64,000 nucleotides of DNA from Escherichia coli (GTDB taxonomy: Bacteria > Pseudomonadota > Gammaproteobacteria > Enterobacterales > Enterobacteriaceae), in the NCBI RefSeq assembly GCF_013122565.1, contig NZ_CP053258.1; one strand, given 5' to 3'. Positions 32,581-47,168 of the stretch are shown here, piece after piece. Position 1 is the first letter of the stretch, and each line of letters starts with the position of its first letter. The notes beneath the pieces were generated by a model, which did not search any database, was not told the DNA's origin, and saw only the letters and a list, made by a program, of their open reading frames with translations. Both the position numbers and the translations under genes were made by a program.

Positions 32581-34020
32581 TCAAGACTGTAAATAAACCA
32601 CCTGGGTCTGCAGATATTCATGCAGGCCATGTTTACCATCTGCGCCGCCAATACCGGATTTACGCCATCCGGCGTGGAAGCCTTGCATAGCTTCGAAGTT
32701 TTCACGGTTGATGTAAGTTTCACCAAACTTCAGCCCTTTAATGGCTTTCATCGCGACGTTCAGATTTTGGGTATAGATTGATGAGGTCAGGCCGTAATCA
32801 CTGTCATTAGCCATTGAGATAGCATCTTCCAGCGTGTCAAATGCGACAACTGGCAGCACCGGGCCAAAGGTTTCCTCATGCATAATCGACATTTCCTGGC
32901 GAACATCCAGCAGCAATGTCGGCGGATAATAATATCCTTTCCCCTCTACCGCTTTGCCACCCAACGCCACTCTCGCCCCTTCTTCTACTGCGCGCGCCAC
33001 TTTTTGCTCGACCCTTTCCAGCGCCGCGGCGTTAATCAACGGCCCCATCGCAATGTCGTTGCGTTCAGCGGGGTTACCAAATTGAACCGCCTGCATCGCT
33101 TCACCCAGCCGATTGACGAACTGATCATAAATGCCTTTCTGTACATAAACACGTTCTGCACAGTTACACACTTGCCCACTATTAATGACGCGTGAATCAA
33201 CGATGGCTTTGACTGCCAGTTCAAGATCGGCATCGTCCATTACGATAGCTGGTGCTTTACCACCCAATTCCAGACACACTTTAGTGATGTTTTTCGCCGC
33301 AGTCGCCATGATCTTCTCACCTGCAGAGACGCTGCCTGTCATACTGACCATTGCGACCTTTGGGTTACCCGCCAGTTCTTGCCCAACGGTTTCACCACGC
33401 CCCAGAACAAGGTTAAACACGCCGCGCGGAAGGCCTATTTCATCGACGATTTTGGCGAATGCAATCGCATTGTTTGGCGTAAATTCACTGGGTTTAATGA
33501 CGATGGTATTACCGGTCAAAAGAGCGGGAGCCATTTTGCGGGCAATGAGGAAGAACGGGAAGTTCCACGGCAGAATGCCGGTAGTCACGCCAAGTGCACG
33601 TTTAAACAGAAGAATATTTTCTCCTGGACGATCGCTTTGAATAATCTCGCCCTCGTAACGCCGTGCCCACTCCGCCATGTAATCGATATAGTCCGCAGTA
33701 AAAGCCACTTCGACTTCAGCCAGCTGCTGGATCTTGCCCCCTTCTTCAACAATCAGCGCACTGATTTCACTGGCGCGTTCGCGGATCCCGGCGGAGATTT
33801 TGCGCAACCAACTGGCGCGTTCAATGGCAGGCAACGCTTCCCATTCTGGTTGTGCACGTTCTGCTGCATCGATTGCCTTACGGGCATCCTCGGCCTGACC
33901 ATCGGGAATGCGGGAAATGACAGCCTCTGTAGCAGGGTTTACCACATCAATCCATGCGTCTCCACGCCAGGTAACAAACTGTCCATCAATATACATAGGA
34001 TGTTGAACGGGTACTGACAT
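32581..34020 (-). CDS. aldA: Lactaldehyde dehydrogenase (NAD-dependent aldehyde dehydrogenase A)
   Basis: 479-aa ORF with aldehyde dehydrogenase motifs (LELGGKAP, catalytic-Cys region GQVCNCAERVYV). Confidence 0.9.
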   Translation of the reverse strand: MSVPVQHPMYIDGQFVTWRGDAWIDVVNPATEAVISRIPDGQAEDARKAIDAAERAQPEWEALPAIERASWLRKISAGIRERASEISALIVEEGGKIQQLAEVEVAFTADYIDYMAEWARRYEGEIIQSDRPGENILLFKRALGVTTGILPWNFPFFLIARKMAPALLTGNTIVIKPSEFTPNNAIAFAKIVDEIGLPRGVFNLVLGRGETVGQELAGNPKVAMVSMTGSVSAGEKIMATAAKNITKVCLELGGKAPAIVMDDADLELAVKAIVDSRVINSGQVCNCAERVYVQKGIYDQFVNRLGEAMQAVQFGNPAERNDIAMGPLINAAALERVEQKVARAVEEGARVALGGKAVEGKGYYYPPTLLLDVRQEMSIMHEETFGPVLPVVAFDTLEDAISMANDSDYGLTSSIYTQNLNVAMKAIKGLKFGETYINRENFEAMQGFHAGWRKSGIGGADGKHGLHEYLQTQVVYLQS

Positions 34021-34216
34021 GGGCGACTCCTGTGATTTATATGTTTGTTTTTGGTAAATGCATTGTTAATTAACATCAATCATCAGAGAGACGGCATCGT
34101 GAAAGGACAATTCTGTGAAGGGCTTCATAAAAACAAGTGTAAAAGGAATAAAAGGCAGAAATAAAAGTCAGGAATCATGCCCGTTTGCAAACAAGTGGTT
34201 CACAAACGGGCAATTT

Positions 34217-35017
34217 TTAACGTAACGAGCGACTTTCCATCGCCTCGATGAGCACCGCATCGTGTTTAAGCGTTTGCCATGCCTGAATGACTTCTGCCGG
34301 AAAATCAACGTGAACGATAAAATCTCGCCCGCGGGGACCGTAGCCATCGCTATCATCGCGTAAACGCGGCAGCTCGCCAGTGAGTAGTGAGAGATAACGC
34401 TCAACCGGCCATAATCCTTGTAACTGATTAATAAAGATTACACTGTCTGCGTTATTTCCTAACTGAGGAACGAATCCGGGATAACTTAACCAGCGTGGTG
34501 CATCGGGATTGTCCCCGGTCATACGGCGGAACGTCGCCATCGTGCGCCGCTGCATGGTGGGGTCCTGTACAACGATAGCTGTGTGAACTCGTTCTACGGC
34601 CTGATTCAATAGCGCGATGCTAAAGCGTGCGTTTTCACCGCAGTTTGTTGACTGGTCTTCAATCCAGATTTTTTCATGCGGAATATGCCAGAACTGATGA
34701 GCGATATCCGCCAGGATGGTCGCTTCTGCTCTGCCAGTGGTGCGGATAGTGTTGTAGTGCGGATGCTGTGCGATGGCGCTATACAAAAAAGTTGTCGAGT
34801 GACCGATACCACCACTAATCAGTAAAGGAATTTGCTGATCGCGGGCAATCTTACATGCCGCATCGATAGTCGGCATAACCGCATTGCCTGCAAGGATCAC
34901 GCAATCGGCCTGATACGGCACCTCACCGGAGAAATCATCCTGCGCCAGCCACTGTCCGATAACATTTATGGCATCTATGGTTGCCGTCGAAAGCGTCGGA
35001 AACGGGGTATTGTTCAT
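34217..35017 (-). CDS. ydcF: DUF218-domain protein YdcF
   Basis: 266-aa ORF matching YdcF in size and position between aldA and hrpA. Confidence 0.8.
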   Translation of the reverse strand: MNNTPFPTLSTATIDAINVIGQWLAQDDFSGEVPYQADCVILAGNAVMPTIDAACKIARDQQIPLLISGGIGHSTTFLYSAIAQHPHYNTIRTTGRAEATILADIAHQFWHIPHEKIWIEDQSTNCGENARFSIALLNQAVERVHTAIVVQDPTMQRRTMATFRRMTGDNPDAPRWLSYPGFVPQLGNNADSVIFINQLQGLWPVERYLSLLTGELPRLRDDSDGYGPRGRDFIVHVDFPAEVIQAWQTLKHDAVLIEAMESRSLR

Positions 35018-35234
35018 GGTTCCTCCTTATCGTTCCCTTAAGAATACTGCGTGAGATAATAGTGAGAAGCGGAGCACTCTGAAAGGAGGAAGTCGTATTT
35101 CCTTAACCGCCACTCCGCAAGCCTGACATATCTTTTAAGGAAATGCTGTAGATAAACATTATTCATCTTGCAGCAGAGAATTGTATTTTTCTGAATTCCT
35201 GAATTTTTGCCCTTACCGTTTTAGAATTAATAAA

Positions 35235-35263
35235 AAACCCGGCGCTAAATGCTTACCGGGTTT
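35235..35263 (-). terminator. Rho-independent terminator downstream of hrpA
   Basis: aaacccgg / ccgggttt stem flanked by an A-run on one side and a T-run on the other, so a U-run follows on either strand. Confidence 0.55.
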
Positions 35264-35288
35264 TAGATTTATCAGGCAAATAGCCGCG

Positions 35289-38200
35289 TTAACCGCTAAT
35301 CTGCTCCATCGCCTGCAAAATACGCTTATCTGAAATCGGATAAGGTGTACCGAGTTGTTGGGCAAAATAGCTGACGCGCAGCTCTTCTATCATCCAGCGG
35401 ATCTCTTTCACGCCTTCATCCTCACGACGTGCGGGCGGGAGTTTGTTGATCCATTGCTGCCACGCCTGCTGGACGTTTTCGACTTTCAGCATCTGTGCAC
35501 GGTCGCGATGTGGATCAATCGCCAGTTTTTCCAGTCGTTTTTCAATCGCCTGCAAATATCGCAGCGTGTCGCCCAGCCGTTTGAAGCCGTTACCAGTCAC
35601 AAAACCGCGATACACCAACCCGCCCATCTGCGCTTTAATGTCAGAAAGCCCCAGCGCCATGGTCATATCCACCCGCCCTTTCAGACGTTTGTTGATATTG
35701 AACACCGCCGTAAGGATTTGCTCGACCTGCTTCGCAATATCCACCACCGTGTCATTCAGTTCGGCGCGCACTTTTTCATGCAGCGCAGCAAAGCCTTCTT
35801 CCGTCCAGACCGGGCCACCATTGGCGTCGATCAGTTGATCCACACCGCAGGAGATACAGTCGTCTATCAACTCCAGCACTTTGCCATACGGGTTAAAGTA
35901 CAGCCCCAGCTTGGCTTTGTTTGGTAACTTCTCATGCAAATACTTGATCGGCGATGGAATATTTAGCAGCAGTAGCCGGCGAAGACCGTTCCACATTGCC
36001 TGCTTTTGCTCCAGCGGGTTATCAAACAGTTTGATCGCCACACTGTCGCGCTCATCCACCAGCGCCGGCCACGCCTTCACTTTGTAGTTGCCGCGCTTCT
36101 GCTCGTAGCTTTCCGGCAGTTGCCCAAAACTCCAGATATGTAAGCCGCTCTGCTCGATACCGTCATCCGCCACCGCAGACAGCGTTTCCTGCACTTTGCC
36201 TTTCAGCGCATCTTTCAGATCTTGTAGCGAGCGCCCTTCTTTTAGCTTCTTGTTTTTGTCATCCACCACGCGGAAGGTGATTTTCAGGTGATCGGGCACC
36301 TGATCCCAGTGCCAGTCTTCGCGGTCAACGGTAACGCCGGTCATCCGCCGTAACTCGCGCTCAAGGCTGTCGAGCAACGGTAACTCCAGCGGTTTGACGC
36401 GGCCTAAAAACGCTTCGGCATAGTTTGGCGCAGGTACAAAATTACGGCGTACCGGTTTCGGCAACGATTTAATCAGAGCAATCACCAGTTCGCGGCGCAG
36501 ACCAGGGATCTGCCATTCAAACCCGCTTTCCTCAACCTGGTTAAGTAACGGCAGCGGAATATGTACGGTCACACCGTCCGCGTCCGCGCCTGGCTCAAAC
36601 TGATAGCTCAAACGCAGCTTGAGATTGCCCTGATGCCAGAAGTTCGGGTAATCCAGCTTGCTGATCTTTTCCGCCCCTTCTTTGATCAACATGCTCTTTT
36701 CAAAGTTGAGCAAATCAGGCGTTTCGCGGCTGACTTTTTTCCACCAGCTGTCGAAGTGACGAGCGGAGATTACATCGTGGCTGATGCGCTGGTCGTAGAA
36801 CTCAAACAGCGTTTCGTCATCAACCAGAATATCGCGGCGACGTGATTTGTGTTCAAGCTCTTCCACTTCGGCCCGCAGTTTCAGGTTTTCACGGAAGAAT
36901 GCGTGACGCGTCTGCCAGTCACCTTCCACCAGCGCGTGGCGAATAAAGAGTTCACGACATAACGCCGGATCGATCTGGCTGTAGTTGACCTTGCGCGCGG
37001 CAACAATCGGCAAACCATAAACGGTGACTTTTTCCGTTGCCATCACCGCGCCCTGCGCCCGTTCCCAGTGCGGTTCGCTGTAGGTACGTTTAATCAAATG
37101 CTGAGCGACGGGTTCCACCCATTCTGGATCGATGCGTGCCGCAATACGTCCCCACAGGCGGCTGGTTTCTACCAGTTCCGCCACCATTACCCATTTCGGC
37201 GGTTTTTTGAATAAACCTGAACCGGGGAAGATGGAGAAACGCGCGTTACGTGCGCCGGTATATTCTTGTTTATCGGCATCTTTCATGCCGATATGGGAAA
37301 GCAAACCCGTCAGCAACGCAATGTGAATTTCGCGATACTCCGCCGGTTCGCTGTTAACCGGAATGCCAAGCTCTTTCACCACCTGGCGCAACTGGGTGTA
37401 GATATCCTGCCATTCGCGCACGCGCAGATAGTTGAGATAATCGGTACGACACAGGCGACGGAAGGCGTTAGAAGAAAGCGCCTTTTGCTGCTCGCCAAGA
37501 TAATTCCACAGATTTACAAACGCGAGGAAGTCGGATTCTTTGTCGTGGAAGCGACGATGTTTTTCGTCCGATGCCTGCTGTTTGTCCATCGGACGTTCGC
37601 GCGGATCCTGAATGGAGAGCGCGGACGTGATAATCATCGCCTCACGCACGCAGCCATGTTTTTGCGCTTCCAGCACCATACGCGCCAGACGAGGGTCGAC
37701 AGGCAACTGCGAGAGCTGGCGACCGAGCGGCGTCAGTTTATAGGCGCTGGCCTGTTCATCAGTGGTGATCGCGCCCAGCTCTTCGAGCAGACGCACGCCA
37801 TCCTGGATATTGCGTTTATCCGGTGCTTCGACAAACGGGAACGCAGCGATATCGCCCAGCCCCAGCGCGGTCATCTGCAAAATAACCGAGGCCAGGTTGG
37901 TACGCAGAATCTCCGGATCGGTAAACTCCGGGCGCGAGAGGAAATCGTCTTCGGAATAGAGACGAATACAGATCCCTTCGGACACACGACCACAGCGGCC
38001 TTTACGCTGATTGGCAGACGCCTGGGAAATCGGCTCAATCGGCAAACGCTGCACTTTGGTGCGATAGCTGTAGCGGCTGATACGTGCTGTACCGGGGTCG
38101 ATAACGTATTTAATCCCCGGTACGGTCAGCGAGGTTTCCGCGACGTTGGTCGCCAGCACAATGCGTCGCCCGCTGTGCGACTGGAACACCCTATTTTGTT

Positions 38201-39191
38201 CGCTGTTCGAAAGCCGCGCATAAAGCGGCAAGATTTCGGTATGGCGTAAGTTCAGCTTGTTCAGCGCATCGGCGGTATCGCGGATTTCCCGCTCGCCGCT
38301 CATAAAGATCAGAATGTCGCCAGGGCTTTCCTGACTCAGTTCGTCTACGGCGTCAAAAATCGCCTGCAACTGATCGCGCTCGGTGTCATCGGCTTCTTCA
38401 ACTATCGGGCGATAGCGCACTTCCACCGGATAGGTCCGACCGGAGACTTCGATAATCGGCGCATTATTAAAGTGGCGCGAAAAGCGTTCCGGGTCGATAG
38501 TCGCGGAAGTGATAATGATTTTTAGGTCAGGACGCCGCGGCAGCAACTCTTTCAAATAGCCGAGCAGGAAATCGATATTCAGGCTACGTTCGTGCGCTTC
38601 GTCAATAATGATGGTGTCGTACTGCATCAGCAGGCGGTCTTGCTGGATCTCCGCCAGCAGGATACCGTCGGTCATCAGCTTGACCATCGTGTTATCACTT
38701 ACGTGATCGCTGAAACGCACTTTGTAACCGATGCAACCGCCCGGCTCCGTTTTCAGCTCTTCCGCAATACGGTTCGCCACTGTTCGTGCCGCCAGACGAC
38801 GCGGCTGGGTATGGCCGATCAGCCCTTTAATCCCACGCCCCAGTTCCATACAGATTTTCGGTAGCTGAGTCGTTTTACCGGAACCCGTTTCCCCCGCGAC
38901 GATCACTACCTGGTGGTCACGAATCGCTTCGAGTATGTCCTGCTTTTTCTGACTAACCGGCAAATTGTCCGGATAGGTAATTTCTGGTCGTGCCGCTTCA
39001 CGCAGCAGGACTTTTCCTGCCGCCTGGTCAATCTCTTTCGCCATCTCCTGGAAAATGGCCTGTTGTGCATCAGGATTTTTAACCTTCTTAACACCGTGCA
39101 GACGGCGAGAAAAACGCAGTCTGTCACGCAGCATCAGCGAATCCAGCCGCTGCTGCAAGGCAGTAAAGGTCAATTTTTGTTGTTCTGTCAT
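35289..39191 (-). CDS. hrpA: ATP-dependent RNA helicase HrpA (DEAH-box)
   Basis: 1300-aa ORF with Walker A GETGSGKTTQLP, DEAH box IIIDEAHERS and helicase C-terminal motifs. Confidence 0.92.
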   Translation of the reverse strand: MTEQQKLTFTALQQRLDSLMLRDRLRFSRRLHGVKKVKNPDAQQAIFQEMAKEIDQAAGKVLLREAARPEITYPDNLPVSQKKQDILEAIRDHQVVIVAGETGSGKTTQLPKICMELGRGIKGLIGHTQPRRLAARTVANRIAEELKTEPGGCIGYKVRFSDHVSDNTMVKLMTDGILLAEIQQDRLLMQYDTIIIDEAHERSLNIDFLLGYLKELLPRRPDLKIIITSATIDPERFSRHFNNAPIIEVSGRTYPVEVRYRPIVEEADDTERDQLQAIFDAVDELSQESPGDILIFMSGEREIRDTADALNKLNLRHTEILPLYARLSNSEQNRVFQSHSGRRIVLATNVAETSLTVPGIKYVIDPGTARISRYSYRTKVQRLPIEPISQASANQRKGRCGRVSEGICIRLYSEDDFLSRPEFTDPEILRTNLASVILQMTALGLGDIAAFPFVEAPDKRNIQDGVRLLEELGAITTDEQASAYKLTPLGRQLSQLPVDPRLARMVLEAQKHGCVREAMIITSALSIQDPRERPMDKQQASDEKHRRFHDKESDFLAFVNLWNYLGEQQKALSSNAFRRLCRTDYLNYLRVREWQDIYTQLRQVVKELGIPVNSEPAEYREIHIALLTGLLSHIGMKDADKQEYTGARNARFSIFPGSGLFKKPPKWVMVAELVETSRLWGRIAARIDPEWVEPVAQHLIKRTYSEPHWERAQGAVMATEKVTVYGLPIVAARKVNYSQIDPALCRELFIRHALVEGDWQTRHAFFRENLKLRAEVEELEHKSRRRDILVDDETLFEFYDQRISHDVISARHFDSWWKKVSRETPDLLNFEKSMLIKEGAEKISKLDYPNFWHQGNLKLRLSYQFEPGADADGVTVHIPLPLLNQVEESGFEWQIPGLRRELVIALIKSLPKPVRRNFVPAPNYAEAFLGRVKPLELPLLDSLERELRRMTGVTVDREDWHWDQVPDHLKITFRVVDDKNKKLKEGRSLQDLKDALKGKVQETLSAVADDGIEQSGLHIWSFGQLPESYEQKRGNYKVKAWPALVDERDSVAIKLFDNPLEQKQAMWNGLRRLLLLNIPSPIKYLHEKLPNKAKLGLYFNPYGKVLELIDDCISCGVDQLIDANGGPVWTEEGFAALHEKVRAELNDTVVDIAKQVEQILTAVFNINKRLKGRVDMTMALGLSDIKAQMGGLVYRGFVTGNGFKRLGDTLRYLQAIEKRLEKLAIDPHRDRAQMLKVENVQQAWQQWINKLPPARREDEGVKEIRWMIEELRVSYFAQQLGTPYPISDKRILQAMEQISG

Positions 39192-39382
39192 AACGTTAGT
39201 GGGCAGTAGGCTGCCTGATTAATTTTCTTTTAAATGATAGATATAGAGTACCACATCGCAGCTTTCTATGCGTTGTTCAATAAATTCGAACATAGGCTTC
39301 GATTTATTGCGCTATCTCTGTGGCAGGATTGTGAATAAAGTGTCAACAAGCAACGGGGCATCGCCCATTCAAACATCTATAA

Positions 39383-39997
<615 letters not shown>

Positions 39998-40011
39998 CCG
40001 GACACGATCTT

Positions 40012-40038
40012 GATGTGGACTGTAGTTCAGTCCACATC
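40012..40038. terminator. Perfect 11-bp hairpin between convergent azoR and ynbD
   Basis: gatgtggactg, tagtt loop, cagtccacatc. Confidence 0.6.
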
Positions 40039-40047
40039 TCAATCCAC

Positions 40048-43111
<3,064 letters not shown>

Positions 43112-43126
43112 TTTCTCTATTTTCCT

Positions 43127-44023
43127 TCAGTAACAGCAGTAGCGAATAAAATAAAAAAATACCGGAGCGGTGAAAATTAATGAGTCAATCCTGTCAAGGA
43201 GTCCGCCATGTCCTGGTAATAGTTTTCCACTATCTTTAACACCAATATCTCGTTTGATGGCTGACATCACTACATCGCCGCAAAAACCACTAATACCAAT
43301 TAACAAACCCGCTAATATTGCCTGTAATGTATTTAGCGGTGTCAGTAACGGTCCAATGATCATCGACGCTATCATGGTGGTGATTACGCCGCCGACCAGA
43401 CCTTCCAGCGTTTTTCCAGGGCTGACTTTGGGGACCACTTTTCTTCTGCCGCAGGATTTCCCCCATAAATACTGTGCAATATCGTTTGACTCGGTTAATG
43501 CCAAAAGAAATAACACCAGTAAGGCCCCGCCCTGGATATTTATGGATGGCAACATTAATAACCAGGCGGCATGACTCAAGGCGAAAACGGTCATTATCCA
43601 GCCCCAAAAAATGGCGCTCACGGTACGCAGAAAACCGGAGGGGTCACCCACAAAAACTCGCCAGGTGGCTAATATCAGAAACCCAGCCAAAGGTATAAAT
43701 AACAGAAACAGCTCAAAGCAATTAAAACCGATAAGCAAATAGTTAAGAGGAATAACCCAATATAACCACCGCGGAAAATGTACAGATATAAGCGTACAAT
43801 ATTCTTTCAATGCCAGAAAACTTATCAGCGCAAAAAACGTCAACGTCATCCAGCGTGGACCTGAAATCACCAGTGAAAAACAAATGACGATACCCCACCA
43901 GGTACGAATACGTAATGTAACTTCATCCCCTTTTCTCTCCGGTAACCGCCATACCAGAAAACGGTTTATCAGCGTTGCTAAAATTAACAACGCGAAAAGT
44001 GTTGCCAGAGACTTTTCCAGCAT
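43127..44023 (-). CDS. ynbB: YnbB, CDP-diglyceride synthase (CdsA) family membrane protein
   Basis: ORF 43127..44059 trimmed to the MLEKSLATLFALLIL start (298 aa); the C-terminal region resembles the cytidylyltransferase signature. Confidence 0.75.
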   Translation of the reverse strand: MLEKSLATLFALLILATLINRFLVWRLPERKGDEVTLRIRTWWGIVICFSLVISGPRWMTLTFFALISFLALKEYCTLISVHFPRWLYWVIPLNYLLIGFNCFELFLLFIPLAGFLILATWRVFVGDPSGFLRTVSAIFWGWIMTVFALSHAAWLLMLPSINIQGGALLVLFLLALTESNDIAQYLWGKSCGRRKVVPKVSPGKTLEGLVGGVITTMIASMIIGPLLTPLNTLQAILAGLLIGISGFCGDVVMSAIKRDIGVKDSGKLLPGHGGLLDRIDSLIFTAPVFFYFIRYCCY

Positions 44024-44628
44024 TATCTTACAGCGCTCATAAGAAGCACACTCCGACAACGATTAATCGCAGTCCAGATAAGCAGAATTGAAGCAATGCT
44101 CCATAAAAGATTATTCCATTGCATCCACTGTGGATAAATGGCAACGGTCAGACCCCACAGACCAAATAATAACGCGCGATCGCTTTTGCCAAATGGACCG
44201 GCATAACTGCGAACACCGTTAATCGTCTGCGCGAGTAAACCACAATACTCGGTCAATATGGTGCAAAATAACATGAGTATCACGAGTGATGCGTTACTTT
44301 CCGGTAAAAATAAAAATGGTAAATAGAGCGCAATATCGGAAATAACATCGCCAGTCTCATTCAAAATCGCCCCCAGACGTGTTTGCTGGTTGCACTCACG
44401 CGCCAACATGCCATCCAGCGCATTGAGCGCCATACGGATAAAAAGCACGATGGGCAATAGCAAAAAGAGGATGGGTTGTGCCGCCAACATCAACAGCAAT
44501 CCGGTAAGAAGAGAAAGCGCCAGTGCATCAAGAGTGATGTGATTCGCTGTAACGTGGTGCTTATAAAGCCAAAACATCGTCGGCCTTAACAGCGACTGAA
44601 AGAGCGGTTTTATCTGGTAGAGCGTCAT
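44023..44628 (-). CDS. ynbA: YnbA, CDP-alcohol phosphatidyltransferase family membrane protein
   Basis: About 201 aa; contains the CDP-alcohol phosphatidyltransferase motif region (DGMLARECNQQTRLGAILNETGDVISD); its stop overlaps the ynbB start by 1 nt. Confidence 0.75.
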   Translation of the reverse strand: MTLYQIKPLFQSLLRPTMFWLYKHHVTANHITLDALALSLLTGLLLMLAAQPILFLLLPIVLFIRMALNALDGMLARECNQQTRLGAILNETGDVISDIALYLPFLFLPESNASLVILMLFCTILTEYCGLLAQTINGVRSYAGPFGKSDRALLFGLWGLTVAIYPQWMQWNNLLWSIASILLIWTAINRCRSVLLMSAVR

Positions 44629-44798
44629 TATCAATCCTTGATAATTCGGTTTGCGCTATGGTGCATCAATTCCCCTGACGGAGATATCGCAACACGCCGC
44701 TTCATTAAAAATTCAGAATATATCAAGGTATTGGGGACTCACCGTCAGGAATGATTATCCCCAATAAATCAAGTGGTTAAAAATTATTACGCTGTTAT

Positions 44799-47105
44799 TC
44801 AATACAACTCATCAAGTTTTCTCATCGCTTGTTCCCGTATTGCGCGCGTCTTACCGTTAAGCGCCAGCTGCCGAACTAAATCCAGTTCAGGGTTAACAAG
44901 CTCTAACGCCAGCAAAGGATCACGTTTCAGCCTCGCCTTTAATACATCAACTGGAAAACGGGGATTATTCATCGCCACAATCCACCACTCGGGATCAATT
45001 TCTGCCGCCAGTACTGCAGGCGGTGTGTGGCGGTTGTTAAGTGCGCCGAACTTGAAAAATGTGAGATTGCTTTTCGCCAGTGTACTCCACCATATACGAT
45101 CCGGTTGTTTTGCCAGTACATCCAGTTGTGCTAACGCATCGGGGTCTAGTGCATAATAAACACGTAACGCTTCGTTAACCTGCGCACGGGAACTGTTTTC
45201 CTGCCTCAGAAAAAACTTCGCCCAAATATCATTGCGTGGCGTGTTTTGCTGTAATTCCTTGAGAACAACAGCGGGTAAATTATCCCAACTAATTAATGCA
45301 CTCTCTAAAAAGTCCCAGTCGTCCGAACGTATCAGAGAGGTGGCATTTAATAGCATCTGGTCATCAACTTCACCGTAGCTGATAAGCTCAGACAAAATCA
45401 TATCAGCGCTGGTTTCATATGCAGCTGAATCTGCTTTGGGATTATTTTTCCGATGCGATAAAGCACGTTGCCAAATTTTTTGTTTCATTGACGTGCTCAG
45501 ATACTGATTTTTCGCCAGATTACTCCACCCCTCAGGATCGTTGAAACGTGTCAATAACCGTTGTAAAGCAGCGTCAGAGTGAATTACCTGCATATCCCGA
45601 CAGCAAAAGTAGGCAGGGGATTTTTTCTCCATCCTTTTAACAAAATTAAACTGTAAGTTATCTGGCAATGCTAAAAATAACACACGTATTAGATCATCGT
45701 CATTCTCGAATTTTTGGTATAAATATACTGCTATTTTGTCACTCTCTTGTGGCGTCATCCGCAACAATTGACCATGGTGTTTCATCTCTGCCAGCTTTGA
45801 CGCTAAGCTTGTGACAACATCGTTTGATGAATCGTTCGCCAACTGCATTGCCTGATTGTAGGTGAGTTGTCCTCCAGCACCGACCTGACGAATAGAGGAA
45901 TCATCACTGCGGATATAGCCATCAATAATGGATTCGGGCAATAACCACGCATCTTTATAAAGCTCCTGAATGATCATATCCCAATCTCTTTTCGCCAGAG
46001 TCATGACGATATCCAGAGGGAGATTTTCACGTAGCGCAAGATTCAACGGACCGACACCATCAGGTAGATGACTCATTCGCGTCATTATTTCGACAGAGAG
46101 CGGTTCACGGTCGAGCAACCCCAGAACAACAGGCTGGTAACCCAATTGCTGATCGGTCAACTCCAGAATCTCATTGTCAGGCATATATCTCGCCATACTT
46201 TCAATCGTTTGTCCATCATTGCTATTAATAAGTTGTTTGCGTAGGTTAGCTGAAATTCCTTTAAGCCTTGGGAGAGTTCGCATTATGGCAAGATCAAATG
46301 TCGCAATATCTCGTCCTTCAAATGCAGCAACGTTGCCTTCATCCAGCATTTGCAATTCCTGCACTAACTCAGGAGCAGGCTTAGGGCGAAACAGCGCTTC
46401 TTTTTTCATCAGATTACAGACATTCCCTGCCATGCGAATATTGCTTCGCTTAAAAATTTCTTTCAGAGCATCTTCATCATTTATTAGACCCCAATAATAT
46501 GCATCAGGATTTATTATCATCAGCGCTTTTTTGACATTTTCAGTGTCATTTTTGTCACTCGCACGGACCATGAATTCACTATTTGTCGAAGACGCAACAA
46601 CAGGTGCAATTATGTCATTGATAAATATCCCACGCGCATTAATACTCCCCTTAATTGTAGACGGATTATCGTAATATGAGTCGATAAATACCAGTCCACT
46701 TGCATTTATCGAACCGGTAATTAACAGTGGTGAATCCGTAACTATATTCGTTGCCGTCACGTTACCGAGAATAACCCATGGATTAGAAAGAGAGAAAGTG
46801 GAAATATTACCTTTGACTGTCAAATTGCCAAGAACAATCAATTTTTGATTACTCTCTATATTACCGTCTACCACTAAATCGCCACGATGCACTTTCCAGT
46901 CCGATGCAGATAAACCGAAGGGGACAAGATTCACGCTACTGTTGATAGCTTGTTCAACTTGTTGTTTATCTTCAGCGGTAGCCGCAGAAAAAAATGGTTC
47001 AATATCAACTGCATTTGCAACACATCGAAGGTCCGCCTGTACTGGAAGACTCAGCATAAACAGGGGAAGTAAACCTATCCAGCCGCAAATCCTGGCCTTA
47101 AACAT
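44799..47105 (-). CDS. ydbD: Large uncharacterised secreted protein YdbD (DUF2773)
   Basis: About 768 aa with a signal peptide (ICGWIGLLPLFMLSLPVQA). The start is chosen among MHMFKAR; the first ATG (47111) is also possible. Confidence 0.75.
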   Translation of the reverse strand: MFKARICGWIGLLPLFMLSLPVQADLRCVANAVDIEPFFSAATAEDKQQVEQAINSSVNLVPFGLSASDWKVHRGDLVVDGNIESNQKLIVLGNLTVKGNISTFSLSNPWVILGNVTATNIVTDSPLLITGSINASGLVFIDSYYDNPSTIKGSINARGIFINDIIAPVVASSTNSEFMVRASDKNDTENVKKALMIINPDAYYWGLINDEDALKEIFKRSNIRMAGNVCNLMKKEALFRPKPAPELVQELQMLDEGNVAAFEGRDIATFDLAIMRTLPRLKGISANLRKQLINSNDGQTIESMARYMPDNEILELTDQQLGYQPVVLGLLDREPLSVEIMTRMSHLPDGVGPLNLALRENLPLDIVMTLAKRDWDMIIQELYKDAWLLPESIIDGYIRSDDSSIRQVGAGGQLTYNQAMQLANDSSNDVVTSLASKLAEMKHHGQLLRMTPQESDKIAVYLYQKFENDDDLIRVLFLALPDNLQFNFVKRMEKKSPAYFCCRDMQVIHSDAALQRLLTRFNDPEGWSNLAKNQYLSTSMKQKIWQRALSHRKNNPKADSAAYETSADMILSELISYGEVDDQMLLNATSLIRSDDWDFLESALISWDNLPAVVLKELQQNTPRNDIWAKFFLRQENSSRAQVNEALRVYYALDPDALAQLDVLAKQPDRIWWSTLAKSNLTFFKFGALNNRHTPPAVLAAEIDPEWWIVAMNNPRFPVDVLKARLKRDPLLALELVNPELDLVRQLALNGKTRAIREQAMRKLDELY

Positions 47106-47168
47106 ATGCACTCCATGCCATTAAAAAAGAAACAAAAGGGAAATGCATCTTTCCCTTTTGTATATTCG

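Noticed and set aside
37266-38249. 327-aa plus-strand ORF inside hrpA, and similar long antisense ORFs inside ydcP (16455..17195), ydcS (11468..12268), pfo (61690..62421) and aldA (33379..34017)
   Set aside because: Each is fully embedded antisense to a well-supported gene, has no ribosome-binding site context or recognisable domain, and shows an Arg/His-rich composition typical of reverse-frame reads of GC-rich coding DNA.
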